A DNA stretch of 63,519 bases, filler included, from Chiloscyllium plagiosum (Eukaryota), in NCBI RefSeq assembly GCF_004010195.1. It is 4 parts of one record of this genome, joined end to end, with 100 filler letters (N's around TTAATTAATTAA, not from the genome) between each part and the next. Parts side by side here need not be neighbours in the genome. Positions count along the whole stretch, not along the records: positions 1 to 22,118 come from NC_057710.1; 3 more parts are not named here. One strand, written 5' to 3'. How positions within the stretch are numbered: position 1 is the stretch's first letter; each line of letters begins with the position of its first letter. A program made the position numbers and the translations under genes. The notes beneath the pieces were generated by a model, which saw only the letters and a list, made by a program, of their open reading frames with translations, was not told the DNA's origin and did no database searches. This document shows positions 1 to 12,412 of this stretch, piece after piece.

Positions 1-205
1 ATTTCCAAGGCCCCTCCCCCAAGTCCCTCCTCCCTACCTTTTATCTTAGCCTGCTGGACACACTTTCCTCATTCCTGAAGAAGGGCTTATGCCTGAAACG
101 TTGATTCTCCTGCTTCTTGGATGCTGCCTGACCTGCTGCGCTTTTCCAGCAGCACATTTTCAGCTCTGATCTCCAGCATCTGCAGTCCTCACTTTCTCCT
201 CGAAG
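1..205 (+). mobile_element. Penelope-like terminal repeat (pLTR) fragment with minimal hammerhead core
   Basis: CTGAAGA-a-GGGC-ttat-GCCT-GAAAC-GTT at 75-102, followed by the gatgctgcctgacctgctg...ctcactttctcc tail seen in many copies here, some next to PLE coding fragments. Confidence 0.8.
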
Positions 206-485
206 CCATTTGAGTTTATACAAGTATAGTCCATTGTGTGCAAGGCAAACCATCAAAGGTGATGGGGGTCGAGATGTCTGTACCTGTGTTATTGCTGTCC
301 CTGTGGCTTCTGACTGGAAGATTTTCAGCTCTGATCTCCAGCATCTGCAGTCCTCACTTTCTCCTCGAAGCCATTTGAGTTTATACAAGTATAGTCCATT
401 GTGTGCAAGGCAAACCATCAAAGGTGATGGGGGTCGAGATGTCTGTACCTGTGTTATTGCTGTCCCTGTGGCTTCTGACTGGAAG
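156..485. repeat. Perfect 165-bp direct tandem duplication (156-320 / 321-485)
   Basis: Two identical units: about 50 bp of pLTR end plus about 115 bp of flank. Confidence 0.95.
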
Positions 486-2697
486 AATATCCCTCTGGAA
501 GTTCACAGGGAAAAGGACAATAGCTCAGTGAAGATATCCACGACACCTCAATGAAATGTCACCAAGTTGTATTTCCATTAAGGAGTTGTTCCTGTTAGCA
601 CCAGTCTTTCCCTATGCCCGGCCTCTTGTTTGCTGCTTTGCATTTGCACACCCTTAGTTTTGTGTTAGCTTCATACCTCAATGACTTGCTGCTGTGCATT
701 TGCCTTCACATTGTCTGCTCTCACACACACACAGGAATGGAGATTATGAGATAGGGGCTCATCAAGTGTTACAAGTCATGCTTTAACAACTCTGTCTTGT
801 GAGTAGTATTCTCCATGTCAGCTTAAAAATCTAGTTCCAATTCTCAAGGTACAGCATTCATCTCATTTGCCTTGGATATTTAGATCCAGACCTTGTGCCA
901 GAGCAAAATTGTGCAGAGCACGAAAGTAATCCGGGTCATTCTGCCTGGGAAATATTGTATGGCCCCAGTGCTTAAACAGTTAAACTCACCGTTACAAACT
1001 TATGTCTGTAGCTTGTTTGTTCATTTTTACTGCTCGACCTGATTTGATTTTCATTTGATTTATTGTCACGTGAACCTTGTTACAAAATACATTGAAAGAT
1101 GTTGTGTAGTGTCACCACCTCTTAAAACACAGGAGAATAAACCAAAACATAGACTATAAAGGCAGAGAGATGAAGTAAGAAAGAAGTATAGAGAGAGCAA
1201 GTGAAAGAGAAGGAAGGAAGAAGGAAATTGCTTTGTTACAACAAAATATCTCCAGGGCCATCAAAGCTAAAATGTGAATATAGAGAGGCACCTGTTGTCA
1301 CACTGACATTAAATTAGATTCCTCAAGTATTCTGTTTCTTTAAATCCAATCACAGAAAGAAAATCTATACAAATTAGAATTGACAAGGCCAATAACTTAA
1401 TGCTTCGACCACCTCACAGCTACAATGAAATGTGTTCAGCTTGGTCAGTCACTTTAAATCATCACTTGCCAATGGGAATAAATCCCTAGCGACTAAAGCT
1501 TAATTCAGTACAATGATAGAAAAGGCCACCTCCATTACTTGAGCTCCAGCAGGTACAAGCATAAGCATTTCCCTGGAATAACAGTACCCAGCTGCCGGAA
1601 AGAGAACGCAACAATGTTAAAAAATAAATCAACAACATTCAGAGAAGAATTTCTAGAATACTAAGTGGGTGATCCTTGACTTGCAGTGGAGTAGATGCAC
1701 ACAGTGCCTGCTTATTGAGCTACCATATGATCCAATCGTTTTGGTACCAGGCATCAAGAGTGCGCTGTCACTGATCTGAGAGATCAAACTGAATCCATTC
1801 AGAAGTTCAGCAGGTTTTGGAAGGTGGGAATTAGGTGCTCTCGTGTTCGGTCAGGTGGCAGCTTGCCTCTGAGAAAGGATCTCAGGCAGGCCATCTCACA
1901 ACCCAGGACTAATTTTGAAGGCCCACAGCTTCTATCACATGGCCATCTGAGGCCCTTTAAGGAGTGCGAGCAAGGCTGCTCAAAGCTTTCTACAAAGGAG
2001 CAGAGTGATCTGGGCAAGCCCCATTATTTATACCTGAAAATTGCAAACTGGGTCCTCCAAATGGTGTGACTTGAATATTCAAGTGCCCTCCAACCCGTTT
2101 CAGGATTCAATGTGCATCTGGGGAGATTGGGGATATCACATATGCCTGATTTTCAGTTGCTGTGTTTGGGTGTTCGGCCCTTAAAGTTCAAATAAATAAT
2201 GAATAAGTATGCTTTTTTTGTAAATGTAAAGAAAACATTCAAGTGTGGTGCAGGAATTTGCAACCCAAAAACCCAAGGGAACCAGTCAATTGCGGTCCTC
2301 CTGTAGTGTGGAAAGACAAGACTGAAGATGAATGTTTTATCTCAGTAAGTCACATTAATGAAGCTGGAAAATGAGGGAGAGCTGCTTCTTACAATACATT
2401 TGAAGAATTTATCATTGTTAAGGGCTACTTACAAATAACTTCTGTGTGACGTTTCACTGCGTGTAAGCGAAAGAAAAAAAATTCCAGACTTTAGTGTGAG
2501 ATCACAGGAGAATTGGAAATAATCCCCTGTACCCACTGGGGGCAGCCCGATAAGACAATAACTTCGCCCCTCCCCCAGCTTTGGGCTTCCTGTCAGGTGT
2601 CTCAAACCTGATTTCCCACTCCAGTTTTCTCTTGTTAACTTGCCCCAAGCTTACCTCTCAATTCAGTAACAATCATCATGAGATATATGAACTGGTT

Positions 2698-2826
2698 CCT
2701 GAAGAAGGGCTTATGCCCGAAATGTCGATTCTCCTGTTCCTTTGATGCTGCCTGACCTGCTGCGCTTTTCCAGCAATACATTTTCAGCTCTGATCTCCAG
2801 CATCTGCAGACCTCACTTTCTCCTCC
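2698..2826 (+). mobile_element. Short non-coding PLE-derived insertion with hammerhead core and 14-bp TSD
   Basis: tatatgaactggtt at 2684-2697 and 2827-2840; core CTGAAGA-aGGGCttatGCCC-GAAAT-GTC. Confidence 0.85.
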
Positions 2827-2865
2827 TATATGAACTGGTTAACTTGGGGCAGGAATATTTTGCAT

Positions 2866-3152
2866 TTAGATTAGATTACCTACAGTGTGGAAACAGGCCC
2901 TTCGGCCCAACATGTCCACACCGACCCTCTGAAGAGCAACCCACCCAGGCCCATTCCCTTACATTTACCCCTTCACCTAACATTATGGGCAATTTAGCAC
3001 GGCCAATTCACCTAACCTGCACATTTGTGGACTGTGGGAGGAAACCGGAGCACTCGGAGAAAACCCACGCAGACACGGGGAGAATGTGCACACAGACAGT
3101 CGCCTGATGCGCTGTGAGGTAGCAGTGCTAACCACTGTGCCACCGTGCCACC
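2866..3152 (-). mobile_element. HE1-like tRNA-derived V-SINE
   Basis: Reverse complement of the ggcacggtggcacagtggttagcact head, central V-like domain and (aatct)n CR1-type tail. Confidence 0.85.
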
Positions 3153-4459
3153 CACAGTGAATGTGGGCATTTGTGTAGAAGGTGAATGTGAGCTGCTGTT
3201 TTTGAACCGTTGGGTGGAGGGACATCCATAGTGTTATTGGGCAGGCAGTTCCAGGATTTTGACCCAGTGAAGAAATAGTGATATAGTTCTATGTCTAGAT
3301 TGTGTGGCTTGGAGGGGAATTTGAAATTGGTGGTCAGCCTCAGCTGAATATCTCATTTGAAGATTGCTACCTGTAATAAGGTGCTCTTTCAGATTTACAC
3401 AGAATTAGTGACCTAGATAATGGATGGAAATTTCCTCTCCCTGGAATAGTGTGAGAAATGGTAAGAAAGATTAGGAAAAACGGAAAGAATGAAAAATATC
3501 AGATTCCAATTTTCCAATATTCCCCTCATACCTGAAATGGTCCTTCAGAATCAAGCTGTTAGGTTTTGATTATGTTATTTCCATGCATTTGTATTTCATT
3601 GCACCTCAAACTCACGTTGTTTTTTAATATACCATTTCTAACGTTCCTCTCTTCCACTGAGAAACTAGAAGCTACAAATTCCCAACACATAAATCAGAGA
3701 TTACTGAATGCTTGTCCTGGCCATCATGCAGCCATCATTACCCCTTGAAATGAGCTACTTCCTTGTTTTGTCAACTTGGCCTTATAATGGTAACAGGACA
3801 CTTAAACTCGGCACCTGAATTTCCCATTTCACAAACACATTAGTCAGCAAACACTGGAAGACAACACTTTGGAACTGCCACATTCACTCACTGCACTGTA
3901 AGTATGTAAGGATGTGGTTTGTGGGTGACTATCCTTTGGAGGTGCTTGGGGTAGCATGGTGGCTTACTGGCACAATTTAGCTCCAAATGTGGCATGAAAA
4001 CTTTGTTTGTGCAATGTCCAATCAGATCATGTCACATATCTCAGAGCTCATTATGGAGGCATGACAATGACTTGGCAAGTGCCCACGGTCACAGTGAGAA
4101 TGGGCAGAACGTGAGGTTTCAATTGTTATGGATGTGAGTCTGTGGAATTCCTGCAATAAAATTGTGTTTTCTTTCTGACAATTCCCAGCAGATAATCTGT
4201 TCTGGGATCTCACATGGAGAAAGCCATTGCTGAACAAGTTATGGACTTAGTGCAACTCTGAAGATAATGTTGATGGAGACAGTGAATTTTATTTTGCTAG
4301 CAAGAACAGTAACTACAAGACAGTCTCCTGAGGGAGTTTAGCAAATTCTTTCAAGAAGACAGAGGCAGGTGTTGAGATCCTGTACTGCCAGGCCTGCACT
4401 GCCATTTTGTTCAATTCTCTGAAAGACGGTTCGGACATTGATTGAGGATGTCTGAGGTC

Positions 4460-4742
4460 ATCATCACTGTGTTATCCGCTGGGGCAGGGCTTGTGCTCAG
4501 AAAGACTGGGTGGCCATCCCATCTCAATGGCTGTCAGGAGTCACAGCAGCCCTGAATCTTCATGCCAGTGGCTCATTTCAAGGGGTAACTGGGAACCTGT
4601 GTGACATTTCCTAATCCTTGAGTCATAACTGTATCCAGAATGTAACTGGTGTCATTTTCTCCCAAGCACTGCTTTTCGTGTCCTTCCCTGTGATGAGGAA
4701 AATCAAACAAGTCAGGAAGTGGGATCCCCCAACAGAATAGCT
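4460..4742 (+). pseudogene. Degenerate PIF/Harbinger transposase fragment (HARBI1-like N-terminal part)
   Basis: Manual translation GGHPISMAV/VTAALNLHASGSFQGVTGNLCDIS*SLSHNCIQNVTGVIF matches the Harbinger motif 'AL.F.A.GSFQ...GD..GISQS...R.I..VT'; has a frameshift and a stop. Confidence 0.75.
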
Positions 4743-4789
4743 GAGAGTTATTGCACCCGAAATGGGTGTGAGTGGGTTGGAGAGATTGA

Positions 4790-5550
4790 GGAAGCAGTTT
4801 ACAAGAATGGTTCCAGGGATAAGGAACTTCAGTTGTGCGGATGGATTGAAGAAGTTGGGACTGTTCTTCTTGCGGAGGAGAAGGTAACAGGAGGAGGTTG
4901 ATGGAGGTTTTCGAAATCATGAGGAGCTGAACAGAATAGTTCGGGAGAAACTGTTTTTGTTCATAATGGGAACATGAAGGAAAGGGCAGATTTAAAGTGA
5001 TCTGTGTCAGAAGCAAGGGTGAAGCGAAGAAAGACTTTTTCACTCAGCCAGTAGTTACAATAGACAATAGGTGCAGGAGTAGGCCATTCTGCCCTTTGAG
5101 CCTGCACCGCCATTCAATATGATCATTGCTAATCATCCTTAATCAGTATCCTGTTCCTGCCTTATCTCCTTAACCCTTGATTCCACTATCCTTGAGAGCT
5201 CTATCCAACTCTTCCTTAAATGAATCCAGAGACTGGGCCTCCACTGTCCTCTGGGGCAGAGCATTCCACACAGCCACCACTCTCTGGGTGAAGAAGTTTC
5301 TCCTCATCTCTGTCCTAAATGGTCTACCCCGTATTTTTAAACTGTGTCCTCTGGTTCGGCACTCACCCATCAGCAATTACAGTGAGGGATGCAGTGTCTG
5401 GAAATGTGGTGGAGGCAGGCTCAATTAAAGAGAGTATTATTAAATAGTGTGCAAAGGTATAGAGACAAAGCAGGAGATTGCCATAAGGTAATAATGCTCA
5501 GTTAACCAACCAGGAGCGGACATGATGGCTGAGTGACCTTCTGCACTGTA
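4790..5550 (+). mobile_element. Old CR1 3' fragment interrupted by a younger antisense CR1 3' end (~5057-5373)
   Basis: Minus ORF 5170-5376 'TRGHSLK...RRNFFTQRVVAVWNALP...SFKEELDRAL' is the CR1 ORF2 C-terminus; plus flanks carry the same region, more decayed. Confidence 0.8.
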
Positions 5551-7704
5551 ACCCACCTTTGATTCAGGCAGGGTCTGGTGCTGACGGTGTCTATCATGAG
5601 AGGTGTTCCTAACCATCATTTGCCATTCTTTACATGCAAAATGCGGCCAGGAAATGGCTGGGACAATACCCAGAATAAGCAGGGTCAGTGGCACTTTACT
5701 GGGCAATAATACATTTGAGGCTCAATTGTACGAAGCAGCTGTTTGCAAGCCCAGCTACATTTAGTTTGTAATTATTTCATCGCCCATTTGCTATGCATGA
5801 AGAGTAAATGCTCTTAGGGGCCAAGTGCTGGTCAAAGACAATTTGCACCATAATGTTGGTGGTTGTAAATTGAACATTGGTATCTCAATGATGCTAAAAC
5901 TACCAGCAATGACTTTAAAAGAGATTAATACCAGCCAAAGGCAAACCATTAATTGTGCAAATTTCAAGGAATCTGTCAGAGGTGCAGACCGTCACTTCAT
6001 CATCTGTCATGTAACTTTAATGATGGGCTGTACTGAACGCAATGAAAAGTTAAATGAATGAAGCAGATCTGGGATGAGAAGGCTGTCAGAGCACATTAGG
6101 CACTCAATTATGATGTAACATGCTGGTCCCTCACATAACTTGGTGAACTTGGTGCACATGCTGAGGCTGATGCTGGAGTAGTCTTGGACACATGGCCCTT
6201 ATTATCAGAGTGAAACATGTCTTATTGCGCGGAGGAATAAGCTCCACATGGTCAGCAAAGAGAGATCACATCCAGAGTGAGACACAGCCCAAGTGAGTAT
6301 ATAGTTGGGGGAATTTGGAGATAACATGAGAATTTTGTGCAGAGGGGAAAAGATGTGTTTTTTGCTTGCTTTGTTTCGTTGAGTTTTTGTAACAAAATAA
6401 ATTGAAGCCCAGGATTAGAGGGCCAGCCCTAGAGAGTGACATCATAGGCAAACTGTAAGTTCATTGATTGATGATAGCTACTAATTTGATTATTTATTAC
6501 AGTTGACTTTCACAGAGAAGGCATATAAGGAACTATTTGTAGACTACAAAGTTAACAGACCAGCATGATGGTTTTAAAAATCAAATTAAGAACTAAGGAA
6601 TTAAAAGAGTGATGCTTTGCACATACATGATGTGGGAGCTGGCAGACCCCATAGTGGTTCAGAGTGACCACATCTGTACAAAGGGTTGGTTGCTTGAGGA
6701 ACTTTAGCTAGGAATTGATGAGCTGGAGTCTGAGCTCTGGACACATCAGACAGGGGGAGTTAGCTGGACATTATATTTAAAGAGGCAGTCATACCCCTTA
6801 GATTAACTACCTGAAATTCAGACAGTGGTGAGGGACAGGAGGGTGTGATTGCGAGCAAGGCAGGTCACAGGATCCAGGAGGTAGTGCTGAAGGAGCCTCA
6901 GCCCTTGAGTTTGTCGAAGAGGTTTGAGATTGTTGCTCCCTGTGGGGATGAGCAAAGCTGACCACAGCACCGGGGTACAGGGAGCAATTCAAGGGGGAGG
7001 AGAAAACATAAATGTCGTTGTAATTGGGAATAGTATAATCATGGGAACAAACATTGTGACCAGGATCAAGGATTCCCAAGGCAGTGCTGCTTGCCTGATG
7101 CCTCGGTTCAGGATATTTAATGTGGGCTGCAGAGGAATTTGGAATGGGAGGAGAAAGATCCTATTGTCGTGGTGCATGTAGATACCAATGATATAAGTAG
7201 AACAAGGAAAGAGATTCTGCTGAGGGAGTAGAAGCAGCTAGCAGGTAAATTATAAAGCAAACGCTGAGTGGCAATAATCTCTGGGTTACTACCTGAGTCA
7301 CTTGCAAACTGGATCGGGGTCAATTAAACTAAAGAGGTAAATATTCAAAGGTGGGTATGGGAGAAATGGGTTTGAGTTCATGGGCTATTGGCATCGATAC
7401 TGGGGGAGGAGGGAGTTGTTCCGAAAGAATGGGTTCCACCCGAATCATGCTGGGACCAGGATTACATAACTAGGGTTGTGGATAGGGCTTAAAACGAAAT
7501 CGTGAGGGCCATGGGCTCAGTGGCAAAGAAAATTATGGAAAAAGCTAAAGGCAGGTAGGGCTCAGCAGAGGTTAAAGTTTCCAAAATACGTAGGAAAGCA
7601 AATGGAAAGGCTCAGGAATCTATCTTCAGGCGCAGCAGGGAAGGAGAAGCAGCCAGTAAACACAGGACTGAGGATTGAAACAAGAAAGATTTAAATTAGC
7701 AGCA

Positions 7705-8035
7705 AGTAAAATCATGAGGGGCATGGATAGGATAAATAGACAAAGTCTCTTCCCCAGGGTGGGGGAGTCCAGAACTGGGGGGCATAGATATAAAAGGCCT
7801 AAGGGGCAAATTTTCACACAGAGGGTGGTGTGTGTATGGGATGAGCTGCCAGAGGAAGTGGTGGAGACTGGTACAAGTACAGCATTTAAAAGGCATCTGG
7901 ATGGGTATATGAATAGGAAGGGGTTAGAGGGATATCAGCAAATGGGACTAGATTGGGTTGGGATATCTGGTCGGCATGGATGAGTTGGACCGAAGGGTCT
8001 GTTTCCATGCTGTGCATCTCTATGACTCTATGATT
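7705..8035 (+). mobile_element. Nested CR1 (HER1-type) 3' end
   Basis: 'KIMRGMDRINRQSLFP...FTQRVVCVWDELPEEVVE' with a ctctatgactctatga tail. Confidence 0.85.
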
Positions 8036-8748
8036 CGAATTATGATACTATGGGTATCACAGATGTGGCTGAAAAGGAATCAGGCTGGGAATTAAATATC
8101 CAAGGTTCATATCCTATTGAAAGTACAGACAGATTGGGAAAAGGGAGTAGTGTTGCCTTGTTAGTAAGAAATGAAATTAAATGGACAACAAGAAGTGATA
8201 TAGAGTCAGAAGATACCGAATCTAGGGCAGAGTTGAGGAAACACAGGGAGAAGAGACCCTGATGGGAGTTGTGTACAACTCTCCTAGCAGTAGTCAGTAT
8301 GTGGAGAAGAAAATAAATCAGGCAGTAGAAAAAGCATGCAAGAGAGGCACTAATACAGTAATCATATTGGACTACAATATGCAGGAGGACTGGGAAATCT
8401 GGTTGATAATAGATCTCACGATAAAGAATTAGATGTTTATTTTCAATCAGCTTATGGTGGAGCTCACTAGGGAATAGATAATTCTGGATTTAGTGATGGG
8501 CTTGATTGGGGAGCTTAAGTGGTTATAATCTGATAGGATTCATCCTGCAGTTTGGGAGGGAGAAGCTGGAATCAGATGTAACGGTATTACAGTTGTGTGT
8601 AGGTAACTACAAGACCTGAGGGAGGAGCTGGCCAAAGTTGATTAGAAGGGGAGCCCAGCAGGGGAACTATTGGAGCAGCAGAGACAGGCATTTCTGGGAG
8701 TAATTCAAGGGGCACAGCAGAAACTCATCCAAGGCAATAAAAAACATA

Positions 8749-9090
8749 TAGCAATCTTTTTATTAACTTGCACCTATGGGATCAGGAGTATAACAGTTGA
8801 TCAAATATTCTGGTTATGAAGAGTCTATGTAATCAATGTAAAAGCCCACACTAAGTAACGGAAACATAATGTAAGGGGTATTCACGTCACTTTACGAATA
8901 GAATAAATCTCTTAAATAATAATGCAAACTTTTCTTAAATAAAACTTACTGGCAGAGAGCCTTCTCACCCACACCTTCAATTGACTACTCAGAAATCACG
9001 GAGATTGCGATAATACAGTAAACATCCAGTATTGCGTGTATATAATTTCTGCCGGTTTAACAAGAGTGCCAGTTAAGACAAAGTTTGCTA
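8749..9090. mobile_element. Small non-autonomous TIR element (probably Tc1/mariner-pogo type) inserted in the CR1
   Basis: Imperfect ~25-bp TIRs tagcaatctttttattaacttgcac / gtgccagttaagacaaagtttgcta; TA on the left flank; CR1 sequence resumes across it. Confidence 0.6.
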
Positions 9091-11399
9091 CAGTAAAGGG
9101 AGGATTAGGCAGGCATGGCTGACAAGGGAAGTCAGGGACAGCATAAAAACAATAGAAAAAGCATACAGTGTGGTGAAGATTAGTGGGAATCCAGAGGATT
9201 GGGAAGCCCTTTAAAACCAGCAGAGGACAACTAAAAGAAGTAATATGAGTAAGATGAAATATGAATTTCGGCTGGCTAGTAATGTAAAAGAGGATTGCAA
9301 GATTTTTTTTAGCTATCCGAAAGGTGAGAGAGAGGCAAGTGTGGACATTGGACAGCTAGAAGATAAGGCTGGAGAAGTAGTTATGGGGAACAAAGAGATG
9401 ATGGAGGAACTGAATAAGTATTTTGCTTCTGTTTTCACAGCAGCATTCCAAAACTTCAAGAGTGTCATGGAGGGAGAAGTGAATGTAGTGACCATCACTA
9501 AGGTGAAGGTGCTGGAGAATCTGCAAGGTCTGAAGGTGGATAAACCAGTCGGACCTGATGGACTACACCCCCGAGGTCTGAAGGAGATCGCTGAGAAGAT
9601 TGTAGAGGCATTGGTGGTGATCTTTCAGGAATCACTGGAGTCAGGGTGGGTCCCGGAGCACTGGAAAATGGCTGGTGCAACACCCCTGTTTAACAAAGAG
9701 GGAGGCAGAAGACAGGAGACTAAAGGCCAATTAGCCAGAACTCAGTCATTGGTAAGGTTTTAGAATCCAGTAATAAGGATAAGATAGCAGAGCATTTTGA
9801 GATGTATGGTAAAATATGGATGAGTCAGTACGGCTTCATCAAGTGAGGTCATGCCTGACAAATCTGTTACAATTCTTTGAGGAGGCAGTGAGCAAGTTAG
9901 ACAAAGGAGAGCCAGTGCATGTGATCTATTTGGGTTTCTAGAAAGTCTTTGACAAGGTGCCTCACAGAAGAGTGCTATGTAAACGTGTTGGGGCAAGGTA
10001 TCGACAAGGATAAAGGATTGGCTGATTGCCAGGAGACATAGAGTAGGGATAAAGAAGTCTTTTTCAGGATGACAGACAGTGATTAGCGGAGTTCCGCATG
10101 GGTCGGTGTTTGAACCATAATTAACAAGCTGGACAAAGGAACTGAGGGCATTGTCACTAGGTTTGCAGATAACACAAAGATAGGTGGAGGGACAGCTAGT
10201 CTGGAGGAAGTGGGGAGGTTGCAGCAGGACTTGGACAAGCTAGGCAGGTGGGTAAAGAAGTGGCAGATGGAATACAATGTGGCAATGTATGAGTTTATGA
10301 AGAATAGAGTCATAGACTATTTTCTAAATGGGGAAATCTGAAGCACAAAGGGGCTTGGGAGTCCTAGTTCAAAATTCTCTTGAGGTTAACATGCAGGTTC
10401 AATTGGCAGTTAGGAAGGTAAATGCAATGTTGGCAGTCATTTCTGGAGGGCTGGAATACAAGAGCAGAGATGTACTGTTGAGTTCATATAAAACTCTTGT
10501 CAGACCGTATTCGGAATATTGTGAGCAAGTTTGGGCCCCATATCTAAAGAAGGATGTGCTAGCATTGGAGAGGGTCCAGAGGAGGGTTACAAATAATGAC
10601 CCCAGGATGAAGAACTTGTCACCTGAGCAGTGGCTGAGGACTCTAGGTCCGTACTTAATTCAGTTTAGAAGGATTGGGGTTGGGGAGGTGGTGCAGAGAT
10701 CTCATTGAAACTTACAAAATATTGAGAGGCCTGAATAAAAGATGATTCTACTAGTAGGAGAGACTAGGACCCAAGGGCACAGCCCCAGACTGAAGGAACG
10801 ATCCCTTAGAAACGAGATGAGGGTAAATTTCTTCAGCCAGAGGGTACTTAAGTCTGTGGAACGCATTGCTGTAGAGGCCAGGTCACTGAGTATATTTAAG
10901 ACAGAGACAGATAAGTTCCTAATTGGTAAGGGGATCAAGTGTTACAGGGAGAAGGCAGGAGAATGGGGTTGAAAAATGTATGCTCGAATGGTGGAGTAAA
11001 TGTGATGGGCCAAACGGCCTAATTCTGCTCCTATATCTTACGATCTTCTGGTTTGCCACGGGTGACCCTGAGACCCGAGAACTACGTTCGCTCTTTGTCT
11101 CTTCAATGTCAGTCGGCTCCACTGGGAGGTCCTGGGCCCTGCCAGTTGTGGCTTATTGGTCACTGTATCTGCTTATGTTAGAAGGTGAACATAAGAAGAT
11201 CCTAACTAGGAACAGGGAGTAGGCAATTCGGCCCCTGGTGCCTGCTGTGCTATTTAATATGGTCATGGCTGATTACCATCCATGAAGGTGGATGCTGGAG
11301 GAGCAGGGCCAGTGGCAAGCCCAGAAGCAGGGAGAGATCACAATGACAGAACCCTTTGAGATGCAAGGCTTGTGCAGGAATCACAGGGCTTCTCAGTGC

Positions 11400-11870
11400 T
11401 ACTCTTTTCCCTTGGAATGAGTGAGACCCAGTCTCAGTGCATACTCTGTGTGTTCCAGGACACTCTGATGGATTGATGCCAGATGCTGGAGTGGGATCTG
11501 AGGCCTGCTGCTGACTGGCACATTTGTTTCCTGATGGAGATGTCAGTGCTGCAGTCTGGGCAGTCGGATTCGGGGAAATATAGCTGAGCTCCCCCAGGTG
11601 CAGGGTGTCATCGACTGCTCACACAACGGTGTGGAATCCATCGACAGGCAGGATTCCCATTTGGTTAATCACCGTAACCAGTCCCTGGAGGGGTGTGCAC
11701 AGCTGCCTTGGCAGCTGCCTTGACTACTACAGCCTGGAGTCTTCTGAGGTGGAGAAGGAGGACAAGGTCAGTGGGGAGGAGGAAACCTTTCTTCTGTCAT
11801 GAACGGAGCCTAGCTGCTTCCAGGTTACAGGTCAGACAGGACCGCGTTGACATCTGGTTCCAGCAGATAA
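11400..11870 (+). pseudogene. Degenerate, internally deleted Harbinger transposase
   Basis: 'MSETQ...CQMLEWDLRP', then 'LPQVQGVIDCSH' (first catalytic-Asp motif G.IDCTH), then an acidic tract and 'R.D..DIWF' C-terminus. Confidence 0.7.
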
Positions 11871-12177
11871 GAGCTGGGTGCAGCAGATGATTGTTGACTG
11901 TAAAATAATCTTTGGTCACGATGCTGGAATCTAGTTGGCATTGTTTGTGTTCCCATTTGCTTTTTATAAATTAAAGCTCATACTTGTCTGATTGCCTGCC
12001 TCAGTGTGATGTTACCCTCTTGGATAATGATAAGATGCAGGTTGAATGTATAATGGTGATTTAATGGCCCTCTCGGTGTGTACAGTCAATGGCATCCTGC
12101 ACCTGGGGAGCTCAGCTATGTCCCCCAATCCTACTGCCCAAGACAAGATAACATGGAGCTAATAACAATCATATGAT

Positions 12178-12412
12178 CCCTACAGTGCAGGAACAGCATC
12201 CCACCTCATCCCCATAATCCCACATTTCCCGTGGCCAATCCACCTAACCTGCACATCTTTGAACTGTAAGAAGAAACTGGAAAACATGGTAGAAACCCAC
12301 ACACAGACATGAAGAGAACAAGCAGACCCCACACAGTCACCCAAGGGTGGAATTGAACCCAAGTCCCTCATGCCTTGAGGCAGCAGTGTTAACCAGTGAG
12401 CCACCATGTCAC
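12178..12412 (-). mobile_element. HE1-like SINE, diverged
   Basis: Same head and V-like domain as the other copies. Confidence 0.75.

Larger units (their letters stand above)
6590..11045 (+). mobile_element. Near full-length degenerate CR1 LINE (ORF1 esterase-type, ORF2 EN-RT) with nested inserts
   Basis: ORF1 SGNH-like 'VVVIGNSI' and 'VHVDTND'; ORF2 'GPDGLHPRGLKE', FADNTK, 'YKTLVRP', 'NFFSQRV'; many stops. Confidence 0.85.

Noticed and set aside
2069..2084. 16-bp perfect palindrome acttgaatattcaagt
   Set aside because: Isolated, with no supporting context; could be chance or a repeat relic.
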